Source: an uncultured Ignavibacteria bacterium
GTDB lineage: Bacteria; Bacteroidota; Ignavibacteria; Kapaibacteriales; Kapaibacteriaceae
Assembly: GCA_903939735.1 (NCBI GenBank)
Contig: CAJAIA010000006.1
Location: forward strand, 27,461-91,460
Direction of reading: 5' to 3'
DNA: 64,000 nt
Shown here in pieces: positions 50,752 through 59,583 of the stretch (position 1 is the stretch's first letter; each line of letters starts with the position of its first letter). The notes beneath the pieces were generated by a model. That model made no database searches. It saw only the letters and a list, made by a program, of their open reading frames with translations, and was not told the origin of the DNA. Both the position numbers and the translations under genes were made by a program.

Positions 50752-51618
50752 TTACTGTTGAATTGCCTCGAGTTCTTGTGACCACCGAACGACGTTGCGC
50801 TTCTGTGCGCGTCCAACTGTGATTGCCTGCTCAAACGAGCGAACAGCACCACCGATATCACCGCGTGACTTTGCAAGCAGACCGAGTTCGCCGTGCGCAT
50901 CCATCTCGTAATCGGCTAGGCGAACAGCTTGAGCGTGCCGCACAGCTGATTCAAGATATGATCGTGCCTCAGTAGCATTTCCATCTGCACGGAAGCGACG
51001 ACCAAGCAATAACGCATACTGTGCAGACCGCACATGGTCGCTGGTTGCATTCGACTGCTCGTACTCAGCAACGAGTTGCTTGAGTACAGGATCAGGTGCT
51101 GTCGTCTTCGCATCGATCGTGATTGCACGATCTGTCGTTGCTGCCGGTGTCGACACACGTGTGGTAGTTGGTGCCACAGCAGCTGGCGTTGATTGCTCAG
51201 GCAGCGTCTGCTCGACTGACGGCTGTGATGGTGCCGATTGTATGCGCTGTTCAATCGGAGGGGCTGGAGCAGGCTCATCTTGCTGTGTTGCTAGATAGAT
51301 CGCGCCACCAGAGATCGCCACAGCTGCAGTGCCTCCAACGACCCAGGTCCATACATTGTGTACAAGGAATCCAAGCAACCCACCGCTCGCTGCACCAACG
51401 GCAATCTTTGCCGCAATGTTTGATTCGATGGTCGAAAGAAAGCCCACCGGATATGCAACCCGTGGTGGATCTTGTTGAAGCAGACGCTCAACCGTGAGCA
51501 TCTCCTTGACCTCTTGTGCGAATGCAGGATCGGCCACTTGGCGAGCTTCTAACTCGAGTAACTGATCTTCGCTCAGCGAGCGATCAAGAAACCCTGCGAG
51601 TAATTCGTGATTCGTCAT
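50752..51618 (-). CDS. Putative anti-sigma factor (N-terminal ASD-like helices, TM, C-terminal TPR)
   Basis: Overlaps the ECF sigma stop; 'LLAGFLDRSLSEDQ...LE...DPAFAQEV'; TM; Pro-rich linker; TPR-like helices. Confidence 0.7.
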   Translation of the reverse strand: MTNHELLAGFLDRSLSEDQLLELEARQVADPAFAQEVKEMLTVERLLQQDPPRVAYPVGFLSTIESNIAAKIAVGAASGGLLGFLVHNVWTWVVGGTAAVAISGGAIYLATQQDEPAPAPPIEQRIQSAPSQPSVEQTLPEQSTPAAVAPTTTRVSTPAATTDRAITIDAKTTAPDPVLKQLVAEYEQSNATSDHVRSAQYALLLGRRFRADGNATEARSYLESAVRHAQAVRLADYEMDAHGELGLLAKSRGDIGGAVRSFEQAITVGRAQKRNVVRWSQELEAIQQ

Positions 51619-52163
51619 CGGAGTTCATCGATAATCGTGGACATAGACTGTTGAATGAGTTTTTTCGCTCGGAACACGCGAACCTTTGCCAAGGCCACAG
51701 TGATATCGAGCGTTGCAGCGATGTCTTCATAGGGAAGGTCATCGAAGTATTTCATGGACAGCGCTTCACGAAACTCATCGGGAAGTCTACTGATTGCTGT
51801 ATGAAGTGCCTGTCGCAGAAGAAAGTCGGAGCTGTGCGTTTCTTCAGGTTCGACAGTGATCACTTCATCTGTGATTTCAACTGTGTGTTTACGACCGCGC
51901 AGTGTCTTGAGACAGAAGTTCCGTGAGATGGTGAACAACCACGCAGCGAAGGAACCATCATGAAACGACGCCCGCTTGTCGAACACCGTTAACTGAATCG
52001 TCTGAAACACATCCTGGGCATCATCGTGTGAACCCAGTGCGCGCAGACAGTATGCATACACCCGCTTGTCGTACCGCTTGAAGAGGGTACGGAAGGCCTG
52101 ATCATCGCCTTGGTCACGGACCATGGCGAACAGTTCTTCATCTGTGAGGAGGGTGTACGGCAT
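51615..52163 (-). CDS. ECF RNA polymerase sigma factor
   Basis: TDEEL, AFRTLFKRY, DAQDVFQ, FAAWLFTISRN, LPDEFRE, YEDIA, VRVFRAK. Confidence 0.93.
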   Translation of the reverse strand: MPYTLLTDEELFAMVRDQGDDQAFRTLFKRYDKRVYAYCLRALGSHDDAQDVFQTIQLTVFDKRASFHDGSFAAWLFTISRNFCLKTLRGRKHTVEITDEVITVEPEETHSSDFLLRQALHTAISRLPDEFREALSMKYFDDLPYEDIAATLDITVALAKVRVFRAKKLIQQSMSTIIDELR

Positions 52164-52240
52164 ATGTCAGGTAAAATCGGTGTACAGGAGAAAGAATCCT
52201 ACTCCATAGCGTCCGTTACAGCGAAACCGTATCTTTTCGC

Positions 52241-53374
52241 ATGAGATCGTACTGGGATACTACGGCATGGCAGGCATATGACCTGGTTGTCATCGGTGGG
52301 GGCATCATTGGCATCAGTACAGCGATATCCTATGCGGAACGCCATCCTGATCACCGTGTTGTTGTCCTCGAACGAGGTCATGTACCATTCGGTGCCACAA
52401 CGAGGAATGCAGGATTTGCATGTTTCGGTTCGCTGAGCGAGATCGCACACGACATTGACTTGATGGGTGTTGATGCGGCGCATGACCTTGTACGAATGCG
52501 ACTTGACGGACTTCGCATCTTGATGCAACGATGTGGGACCGAGAGCATCGCGTATAACCATGATGGCGGCAGTGAGATCTTTCTCGAGGATCATCCTGCG
52601 CTTCGTCGCATTGATGATGTTAATGCTGTTCTGCGCGATATCATCAATGAGAACGCGTTTCAGCAGCGGAATGATCTTCGCGCTGCATATGGACTATCAC
52701 ACGACGTCGTTGCCCTGATTCATACGTCGCACGAGGGTACGCTTCATTCAGGGAAGATGCTTCGGAGGCTGTGGAAGCTCGCAGCTGAGCGCGGTGTTGA
52801 GATTCGTACAGGATCTACGGTCACGAGCATAACGTCGAATAATAGTTCGGTGCGCATGCAATGTGCGAGTGTGCAGCAGACCGTTGACATTGTTTGTTCC
52901 AATGTTGTCGTTGCGACCAATGCTATGATTCCATCATTGGTGCAGTCGCCTGCGATACCACCAATCCTCCCAGGACGTGGTCAGGTGCTTGTCACCGAAC
53001 CAATACCAGGACTTTCTCTCCGTGGATCGTTTCACATGGATGAGGGCTATTACTATTTCCGTGAGCTTGATGGACGCGTCTTGCTAGGGGGCGGACGGAA
53101 CATCGACATAGATGGCGAGGCTACGCTGTCGCACGACACCACGCAGCGCATACAGGATGTTCTCGAACACGTGTTGCGCACCGTAATTCTGCCGCATCAA
53201 CCATCGATCAACATAGAGCATCGATGGGCCGGCACCATGGCCTTCACGGAGAATAAGCAGCCAGTTGTGGCTGTTGCCGAGCCACGTGTGATTGTTGCCT
53301 TTGGTTGCAACGGAATGGGCATAGCGCTGGGGTCTGCTCTTGGCGAACAATGCGCCGACCTACTCCACACATAG
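52241..53374 (+). CDS. FAD-dependent oxidoreductase (DadA/PuuB-like)
   Basis: VIGGGIIG, GATTRNAGFAC, GRGQVL, YYFR, WAG, GCNGMG. Confidence 0.85.
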   Translation: MRSYWDTTAWQAYDLVVIGGGIIGISTAISYAERHPDHRVVVLERGHVPFGATTRNAGFACFGSLSEIAHDIDLMGVDAAHDLVRMRLDGLRILMQRCGTESIAYNHDGGSEIFLEDHPALRRIDDVNAVLRDIINENAFQQRNDLRAAYGLSHDVVALIHTSHEGTLHSGKMLRRLWKLAAERGVEIRTGSTVTSITSNNSSVRMQCASVQQTVDIVCSNVVVATNAMIPSLVQSPAIPPILPGRGQVLVTEPIPGLSLRGSFHMDEGYYYFRELDGRVLLGGGRNIDIDGEATLSHDTTQRIQDVLEHVLRTVILPHQPSINIEHRWAGTMAFTENKQPVVAVAEPRVIVAFGCNGMGIALGSALGEQCADLLHT

Positions 53375-53376
53375 AA

Positions 53377-53408
53377 ATGGGCGCATCACCGGATGGTGAT
53401 GCGCCCAT
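53377..53408. terminator. Hairpin between convergent genes (probable bidirectional terminator)
   Basis: Perfect 14-bp inverted repeat ATGGGCGCATCACC-GGAT-GGTGATGCGCCCAT. Confidence 0.75.
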
Positions 53409-53426
53409 GATATTCGAGGAGTATTC

Positions 53427-54200
53427 TTACTTCGTGTCGTTGATTGCCATTACATACACGACCAAGCCGAAGCCGATCTTGTTGACAGCATCACCGATGT
53501 TGTAGATAAGATCCATGTTCGTGACAGGGATCATACCAGCCATGAGGTTGCCTGGAAGAAGCATGTATCCGATTGGATAGATTGCCCAACCTGCGAGTGC
53601 AAACCAGCGGAGGCGTACAAACGCTGTCTTTACGCCTGCGTTGTCGGTGGCGTCGACGCGCTTACGAGCTTCACCCACGAAGATTTCGTAGATGATGATT
53701 GCCCAACCGATTGTGGAGATAACACCCCACATCACGTTTGACTCTGGCTGGACTGCTTCGCCCATGTATCCTGCAACAAGCATCAGCACTGCACCACCGA
53801 AGAGGCGCCACAGCATTGAGGATGAAGCACCGGCTGGACGGAGCAACAGGTAGAACTCAATACACATCAACGGAACCGTCAGGATCCAGTCGATATAGCG
53901 GAACTGCGTTGGTGACGTGCCCGTGTCGAGCCACACACCACGCATGTAGAAGTAGTGCACGGCAGCGATCATCGTGATCAGTCCCGACACAAGCATCGAT
54001 GTCTTCCACTTATCCGAGACGCGTCCGCGCTCGAAGAAGAAGAACACCGAGGCGGCGAACATCGCCATGTACCCGATAAAGAACGTGAATCCAATGTAAT
54101 CGCCGGCGGCGAGTGTTCCATTGGATGCCAGGGCTGTGCTTGATCCAAGCAAAGCCACAGAAAGAGATAGAGCTGCAAAACGCAGGGTAGCAGAGACCAT
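53427..54200 (-). CDS. Proteorhodopsin, DTE proton pump, green-tuned (Met)
   Basis: Signal peptide plus 7 TMs; AAVHY (His); RYIDWILTVPLMCIEF (D/T/M/E); NIGDAVNKIGFG (retinal Lys); GGAGG before ATG 54200. Confidence 0.95.
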   Translation of the reverse strand: MVSATLRFAALSLSVALLGSSTALASNGTLAAGDYIGFTFFIGYMAMFAASVFFFFERGRVSDKWKTSMLVSGLITMIAAVHYFYMRGVWLDTGTSPTQFRYIDWILTVPLMCIEFYLLLRPAGASSSMLWRLFGGAVLMLVAGYMGEAVQPESNVMWGVISTIGWAIIIYEIFVGEARKRVDATDNAGVKTAFVRLRWFALAGWAIYPIGYMLLPGNLMAGMIPVTNMDLIYNIGDAVNKIGFGLVVYVMAINDTK

Positions 54201-54473
54201 AGGTCCTCCCTCGTACTTCAGAATAACCGCATTGCCGTTAGTCGGCATATCGCGGGGCCGCATCCTGAGATTGACCTCGCGATACAACGAATACTACTTC
54301 GTTGTTCCTAGCGTTGTTCCGTGATTCTTGCGTCCGTCCAATGACCTAGCGTGTTGAGTTACAACCGCCGAACCCCCCGGTTCGGTTCCCCGACTGCGTA
54401 AAATATGCGGTTTCTCGTCAGAATCAAGGGAATTCAGCCCAATACCTGCCCCCTTCAACCGTATTTTTGTGCC

Positions 54474-55580
54474 GTGGCACAAGCAAAACGCGACATTGTA
54501 GCGGGGCCTCCCGAGTTAAAGGGGCATCCATTATCCGATCTAGAGAACCTCTTCCTGGAACGGGGCGAGAAAAAGTACCGTGCGCAACAGGTGTACGATG
54601 CGCTCTACATCCATCGCATCGACGATGTGGAAGGGATGCACCTACTACCGCAGCAGCTGCGGGATGTCCTACAAGCGGACTATCGCACAGAGAGCGTGAA
54701 GCTCCAAACGGTGCAGCATTCCGAGGACGGAACGAAGAAGTTCCTCTTTGAACTGCACGATGGTCGCGCCGTTGAGAGCGTCCTGATACCGAGCGAGATG
54801 CGTGAAGCTGATGGCGGTCCTCGTCGCCTCACGCTGTGCGTATCTACCCAAGTGGGCTGCAATCTCGGATGTGTTTTCTGTGCAACTGCCTCGCTTAAGC
54901 TTACGCGCAATCTCACATCTGGTGAGATCGTCGACCAGTTCCTCCAGGCACAGAAACATTCAGAGAAGCTGATCACGAACATCGTCTTCATGGGCATGGG
55001 TGAACCCATGAATAACTACGACGCTGTGATGCGCGCCACGCAGATCTTCAACGATCAACGCACAAAGATGGTCGCTCCACGTCGCACCACGCTTTCAACA
55101 GCGGGAGTTATCCCTGGTATCATTCGCATGGCGGATGAAGGACAGATCATCAAGCTTGCTGTGTCGCTGCATGCAACCACGCAGGATGTGCGCGCCGAAC
55201 TCATGCCGATTGCGAAGAAGTATACACTGCCGGAGCTCATCGAAGCACTCGAGTACTACTATCGTGCTACACGGAAAAGTGTGACCTACGAATACATTCT
55301 GTTCGATGGCATCAACGATTCGATTGACGATGTGCGTCGATTAGGCAAGCTTGCGCGACGCATGCCAACCAAGGTGAATGTTATTCCGTTTCACGACATC
55401 GACTTCACACAGCCGCAGGGATTTGCCAAGACGTTGAAGCCATCATCGGCAGAGCGCTTCGAGTGGTTCTTGCAGAAGCTCCGTGAGGAAGATGTGCAGG
55501 TGTTGGTGCGTTCATCAAGTGGTGTCGATATCGATGCAGCCTGCGGACAGCTTGCGTTCTCGAAGGAGCAGGCTGCATGA
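54474..55580 (+). CDS. rlmN: 23S rRNA m2A2503 / tRNA methyltransferase (radical SAM)
   Basis: CNLGCVFC, FMGMGEP, SLH, EYILF, DIDAACGQL; GTG 54474 inferred as start. Confidence 0.95.
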   Translation: MAQAKRDIVAGPPELKGHPLSDLENLFLERGEKKYRAQQVYDALYIHRIDDVEGMHLLPQQLRDVLQADYRTESVKLQTVQHSEDGTKKFLFELHDGRAVESVLIPSEMREADGGPRRLTLCVSTQVGCNLGCVFCATASLKLTRNLTSGEIVDQFLQAQKHSEKLITNIVFMGMGEPMNNYDAVMRATQIFNDQRTKMVAPRRTTLSTAGVIPGIIRMADEGQIIKLAVSLHATTQDVRAELMPIAKKYTLPELIEALEYYYRATRKSVTYEYILFDGINDSIDDVRRLGKLARRMPTKVNVIPFHDIDFTQPQGFAKTLKPSSAERFEWFLQKLREEDVQVLVRSSSGVDIDAACGQLAFSKEQAA

Positions 55581-56521
55581 TGCGATTCGTTGTTGCCGTG
55601 ATGCTGTGTATTTGTTCTGTGTGCGTCTATCCATTGCAGGTATCGGCACAGCCAAGTGGCATCAGTAATCAGGTGTTGGATGCATTGGAGTACGACACCG
55701 ACGCTGAGTACTACGTGCGCCTGGTTAACGGCGATGTTGTCACAGGCACGATCGTCGAGATCAACTCCGATTCGTCTGGATCGTTCCTTCGCATTGCAAC
55801 GTCCTTTGGACGTGCACGGTTGTACGCTCGTGAGATCTCATGGATCGGTCTTCGTGAGGCATCGTATCGAGCTCGTCATCGAGGGATCCTTCTGCCGACT
55901 GCACAAGCGATTGGTAATGATCACTATCTGGCACTTGTAGAAGGCGTCATGCCATCAATCGGTGTGGGCATAGGTTCGTTCCTTAGCATCACTGCCGGAC
56001 GCACCGTTGTGCCCGGTATAGGCTGGTCGAATCAGTTCAGCACGGTGAACGTCAAGGGCACGGTGTATGAAGGACCGAACGGCTTGGTGGAACAGGGTAA
56101 GCAGGTGTATGCACTCGGTGTAAATGGCGCGTGGGTAAACGACGTGAACTTCATCGGACATCTCTACGGTGTAGCAACATTTACCGGCAAGCGAACAAGT
56201 GTGAGCACGCTCGTGCACGCAAAGGTGTCGGGCAAGGATGATTACACGGTGAGCGGCGGGACAATGTTCAGCCCCTTTCGTTTCCCTTATGCTAACGGAA
56301 CGATTGGTGTGGCACTCATGATGGATGTACGGTTCCCGGAAATGCACGATTTGCATTTCATCGGCGAGTTATGGAATTCCGATCTTACACGACCATCGAA
56401 TAGTGCGCTGTTTGTCGGGCTTCGGCAGGGCAACACCGCACTCACCTTTGACGTTGGTGTTGCGGTATTGCCCGGACCAAATGTAGCGCCCACACTGGTG
56501 GTGCAGTGGACGCCGTTTTAA
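55577..56521 (+). CDS. Hypothetical outer-membrane protein
   Basis: Signal peptide; small N-domain 'VRLVNGDVVTGTIVE'; beta-strand C-region ending in F. Confidence 0.55.
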   Translation: MMRFVVAVMLCICSVCVYPLQVSAQPSGISNQVLDALEYDTDAEYYVRLVNGDVVTGTIVEINSDSSGSFLRIATSFGRARLYAREISWIGLREASYRARHRGILLPTAQAIGNDHYLALVEGVMPSIGVGIGSFLSITAGRTVVPGIGWSNQFSTVNVKGTVYEGPNGLVEQGKQVYALGVNGAWVNDVNFIGHLYGVATFTGKRTSVSTLVHAKVSGKDDYTVSGGTMFSPFRFPYANGTIGVALMMDVRFPEMHDLHFIGELWNSDLTRPSNSALFVGLRQGNTALTFDVGVAVLPGPNVAPTLVVQWTPF

Positions 56522-57285
56522 AGTGTTGGTGGGAAGACCGTAAGTGGGATTTCCTTCCCAGTCTTGGTAAACAGGTGAATACCGACGAGTCCAAACTTGT
56601 GATTCGTGACGTACACGATCTTTTGCAAGACGGGATCACCATCGACAACACTCTCCGTCTTGAAGACCTTCAGATCCCAGAAGCCAACCGGATAATCGTC
56701 GGTTGTTGAGTGATAGGTTACGGTGCGGCGCGTTGTTACACCCTTGCTATCGGTGAACGTCCAACTATCGCCGACGTTCATCGAGTACTTGATAACTGTA
56801 AACGGTTTGGAGAGATCGCCCTTCGATGCGATCAACTCCTGAATACCTTGGTCGGTGACCTTCACCTTGACATCAGCACGAATCTTCAGTCGGTTGGGTG
56901 TGCTCAGATCAATCGTTGCACCGTAGCGGTCAAGAATCCAATTCACGACCTCCAATTTCGCGGCTTGCGGTAGATCCTGCGTACCGAGCAGCGTATCAAA
57001 CTCATGGACGAGGTCGAACGAGGCATCGAGATTAATAGACACCGTTGTGATGCCGTTCTCGCGCTTCGTGACAGTGTTCGAATCCTTGTAGTCATACTTC
57101 CATCCATTCGGGAAGAGGCGTCCGAGGTCAATAGACACCCCCCAATCCTGACCGACGTCGGTGATTTCAAGATCGGTGTTTCCATTCAGGTCATTCGGTC
57201 CCTCCTCGGTTGAATCAAGGAGTCCGCACGATGGGAGAACGGCACTGACCAGCAGTGCCAAGAAGAGGAGGCGCAATTGTGCCAT
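56518..57285 (-). CDS. Hypothetical lipoprotein
   Basis: Hydrophobic leader with lipobox LPSC followed by acidic residues. Confidence 0.7.
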   Translation of the reverse strand: MAQLRLLFLALLVSAVLPSCGLLDSTEEGPNDLNGNTDLEITDVGQDWGVSIDLGRLFPNGWKYDYKDSNTVTKRENGITTVSINLDASFDLVHEFDTLLGTQDLPQAAKLEVVNWILDRYGATIDLSTPNRLKIRADVKVKVTDQGIQELIASKGDLSKPFTVIKYSMNVGDSWTFTDSKGVTTRRTVTYHSTTDDYPVGFWDLKVFKTESVVDGDPVLQKIVYVTNHKFGLVGIHLFTKTGKEIPLTVFPPTL

Positions 57286-57419
57286 GGTGAAGCTCCTTCA
57301 GGGATTATGTGATTACAGCCTGATTCAAAGCTCACCAGTCAGCGTGCCGTATTCTATGACAATTGTCAGGTTTTTGTCTGTTCAGGGACGTCAGGCACCA
57401 GAAAGTTGATGTCGGTTCG

Positions 57420-57427
57420 TATATTTG
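57420..57427 (+). promoter_or_regulatory. TATATTTG promoter element of tRNA-Phe
   Basis: TAnnTTTG 13 nt upstream of the tRNA. Confidence 0.6.
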
Positions 57428-57440
57428 TTGCTCAATCGCC

Positions 57441-57513
57441 GGTTCGGTAGCTCAGTTGGTAGAGCAATGGACTGAAAATCCATGTGTCGGGGGTTCAACT
57501 CCCTCCCGAACCA
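57441..57513 (+). tRNA. tRNA-Phe (GAA)
   Basis: Acceptor stem GGTTCGG/CCGAACC, D arm GCTC/GAGC, anticodon arm ATGGA-CTGAAAA-TCCAT, T loop TTCAACT; CCA not encoded. Confidence 0.97.
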
Positions 57514-57523
57514 CACAACACAA

Positions 57524-57555
57524 CGACCCCTTGGACCGTATGGTACAAGGGGTCG
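57524..57555. terminator. Hairpin between tRNA-Phe and the convergent P450
   Basis: CGACCCCTTG / CAAGGGGTCG 10-bp stem. Confidence 0.65.
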
Positions 57556-57577
57556 CTTCGTCTTAGGAATCGGATTG

Positions 57578-58774
57578 TTAGTCCTCTATCTGCACTATCC
57601 TCACGGGCAGCACCTTGGGTCCGCGGAGTTGACCTTCCGACCACACCACGTGTGCATCGGGTGCGAGCTCAAAGTTTGGGAACCGGGCGAGCCACTCCTC
57701 GAGCGCAACGCGAAGCTCGAGTCGAGCGAGATTCGAACCAAGGCATCGATGACGTCCGAGTCCGAATGCTGCGTGGGGGTTATGTGCCCGATCGATAATG
57801 ACTGTGTCAGGGTTGTCGAACTTCTCTGGATCGCGATTGGCTGCCGGGTACGACAACAATACCTGACCACCTGTATGGTAGGGACATCCTCCCACAGTTG
57901 TGTCAGCCACAACCTCGCGCGCCATGGTAACAGGTGCATACGCTCGTAAGAATTCCTCGATTGCTGTTGGCAAGAGATCCGGTTCTGCAACCAATCTGTG
58001 ACGGTCGTCAGCATGCGTTGCTATGTGCCACAACGATGCACCTATTGCACTCCAAGTTGTTTCGATACCTGCAACGAGCAACAAGCATAACGTACCAATG
58101 ATGTGTTGATCAGTAAGCGGCTTGCCCTCTATTTCCGCAGTAATCAGATATGAAATGAGTCCGTCATCAGGTGTTGCGCGACGTTGCGTGATGTTGTCTA
58201 GGAAGTATGCGGACATTTCCTCCATCGCAACGATACCCGCTTCAGGATTGTGCACACTCCCGGTTCCAAGCGCATAGATCCACGTTCGAAAACAATCAGC
58301 CTTGCTAGCATCGATACGTAGTAGATGTGCAATGACATGCACGGGCAGGTGTTGCGCATACTCAACAGCTGCATCAATATCCGTTCGTCCTTCAAGATCA
58401 TCAAGCAGTGTCGATGCAATACCCCGAATGCGCGGCTCAAGCTTTTGTACTTCCTGAGGCGCGAAGGGCGGTAACAAGATGCGACGCGATGGTGTATGCG
58501 CGGGCGGATCGGACGTGATAGGAGGCATTCCCTTGATTGGGAGCTTCTGCTCGCGAACTACAATGCGTTTCGACGAGAAGTGTTCTGTGTCATACGCGAT
58601 AGCGTGAACATCAGCGTACGTCAACGGCAGAAATGCACCGTCTTCAAATCGTTGCGATGTGAGGACAGAGCATGATCGCCGCAATGAAGCCCAGAGTTGA
58701 AACGGGTCCTCTGTCCATTGTGTATCAAAGTGATCGAAGTCAAGTGACCAGTCATCAACCGGTGGACGAGACAT
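57578..58774 (-). CDS. Cytochrome P450
   Basis: I-helix AGIETT, EEFLR (ExxR), FGLGRHRCLG heme Cys; GGGAG RBS. Confidence 0.95.
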   Translation of the reverse strand: MSRPPVDDWSLDFDHFDTQWTEDPFQLWASLRRSCSVLTSQRFEDGAFLPLTYADVHAIAYDTEHFSSKRIVVREQKLPIKGMPPITSDPPAHTPSRRILLPPFAPQEVQKLEPRIRGIASTLLDDLEGRTDIDAAVEYAQHLPVHVIAHLLRIDASKADCFRTWIYALGTGSVHNPEAGIVAMEEMSAYFLDNITQRRATPDDGLISYLITAEIEGKPLTDQHIIGTLCLLLVAGIETTWSAIGASLWHIATHADDRHRLVAEPDLLPTAIEEFLRAYAPVTMAREVVADTTVGGCPYHTGGQVLLSYPAANRDPEKFDNPDTVIIDRAHNPHAAFGLGRHRCLGSNLARLELRVALEEWLARFPNFELAPDAHVVWSEGQLRGPKVLPVRIVQIED

Positions 58775-58795
58775 GAAGACTCCCGTAAGAATTCG

Positions 58796-59023
58796 TTATG
58801 CGGTGTGTCGCGCGAGCGTGATTTCCGCTTCAGGACAGTTTGCTATCGCGAGCTCAGCTTTTGTCAATAGCTAACTCGGCACCCGTCCATCACCCCGTAC
58901 ACGACCGAATCCGTATTCATCGGACGTGAATAACTCCGGGGCGAGGATTGTGCATCGACTATGACGCTGACAACGATTGGAATCGATCGTAATGATGGCA
59001 AGTTCCGCAGCGTGGTTGTCCAC
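58796..59023 (-). pseudogene. P450-partner ferredoxin (CxxHxxC...CP type) with an in-frame TAG at codon 51
   Basis: Manual translation: MDNHAAELAIITIDSNRCQRHSRCTILAPELFTSDEYGFGRVRGDGRVPS*LLTKAELAIANCPEAEITLARHTA*; TAG at 58871-58873. Confidence 0.85.
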
Positions 59024-59025
59024 GT

Positions 59026-59583
59026 TCAGCGTGCGAGTCGTTGGGAAAGCTGTTCGTACATCTCAGGTACCTTACTTGAAGACAGATCGTCGGTGTACAC
59101 GATCCAACCATCAACATACTCGTCATTCATAACCTTCATTGGGCCGAAGTAGACCAGCTTCATCCCATAGCGAGCGTAGAAGTTGTAGATTTCTTCAGAG
59201 ATAGTCGCGCCAACCATCACCGAATCAGCTCTTGCAATCATTGACTGAAACACATGTAGCCACACTTCCAGTTTTTCGCGACTGTTGCGTCGTGTGGTAT
59301 CAACCCAGATTGTTCCTAGCTCGTATGTTTCAACACCGCTTGCTCTCGCACGAAACACTTCGGCAAGCTGATCTGGTACTACTGAGAGAAGTCGGTAGGC
59401 CAACTGCGTATTGATCGAGTATCCACCAACTGGATTGCCCTCGCTGTCGAGAAAGAGATACACGTCTTCACAGCCCCGTAGAAACTCAACATTGAGAAAA
59501 CTACTTCCAAACGCTCGGTCATAGCATTCAACGAATGTTGTGAGATCATCATCAGATGTAATCTTCTGTACCGTGGTAATCAC
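59026..59583 (-). CDS. GNAT-fold acyltransferase-like protein (FeeM/LuxI-like region of the superfamily)
   Basis: 'PVGGY' beta strand, 'YELGTIWV...R', 'NFYARYG'; GTGA overlap with the upstream gene. Confidence 0.5.
   Translation of the reverse strand: MITTVQKITSDDDLTTFVECYDRAFGSSFLNVEFLRGCEDVYLFLDSEGNPVGGYSINTQLAYRLLSVVPDQLAEVFRARASGVETYELGTIWVDTTRRNSREKLEVWLHVFQSMIARADSVMVGATISEEIYNFYARYGMKLVYFGPMKVMNDEYVDGWIVYTDDLSSSKVPEMYEQLSQRLAR

Noticed and set aside
49872-50900. 342-aa minus-strand ORF
   Set aside because: Antisense to ORF 48772-50709, Arg/Ser-rich, no recognisable domain
54200-54287. ORF-track upstream start extensions (also 3814, 6180, 13042, 15412, 16281, 23317, 26619, 34273, 54405)
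   Set aside because: Downstream starts have SD or promoter support and give clean signal peptides or domain starts
58871-58873. Genome-wide TAG reassignment or pyrrolysine
   Set aside because: TAG terminates other genes normally here (e.g. 4512, 16233, 50709, 53374, 61764) and no pyl genes are visible
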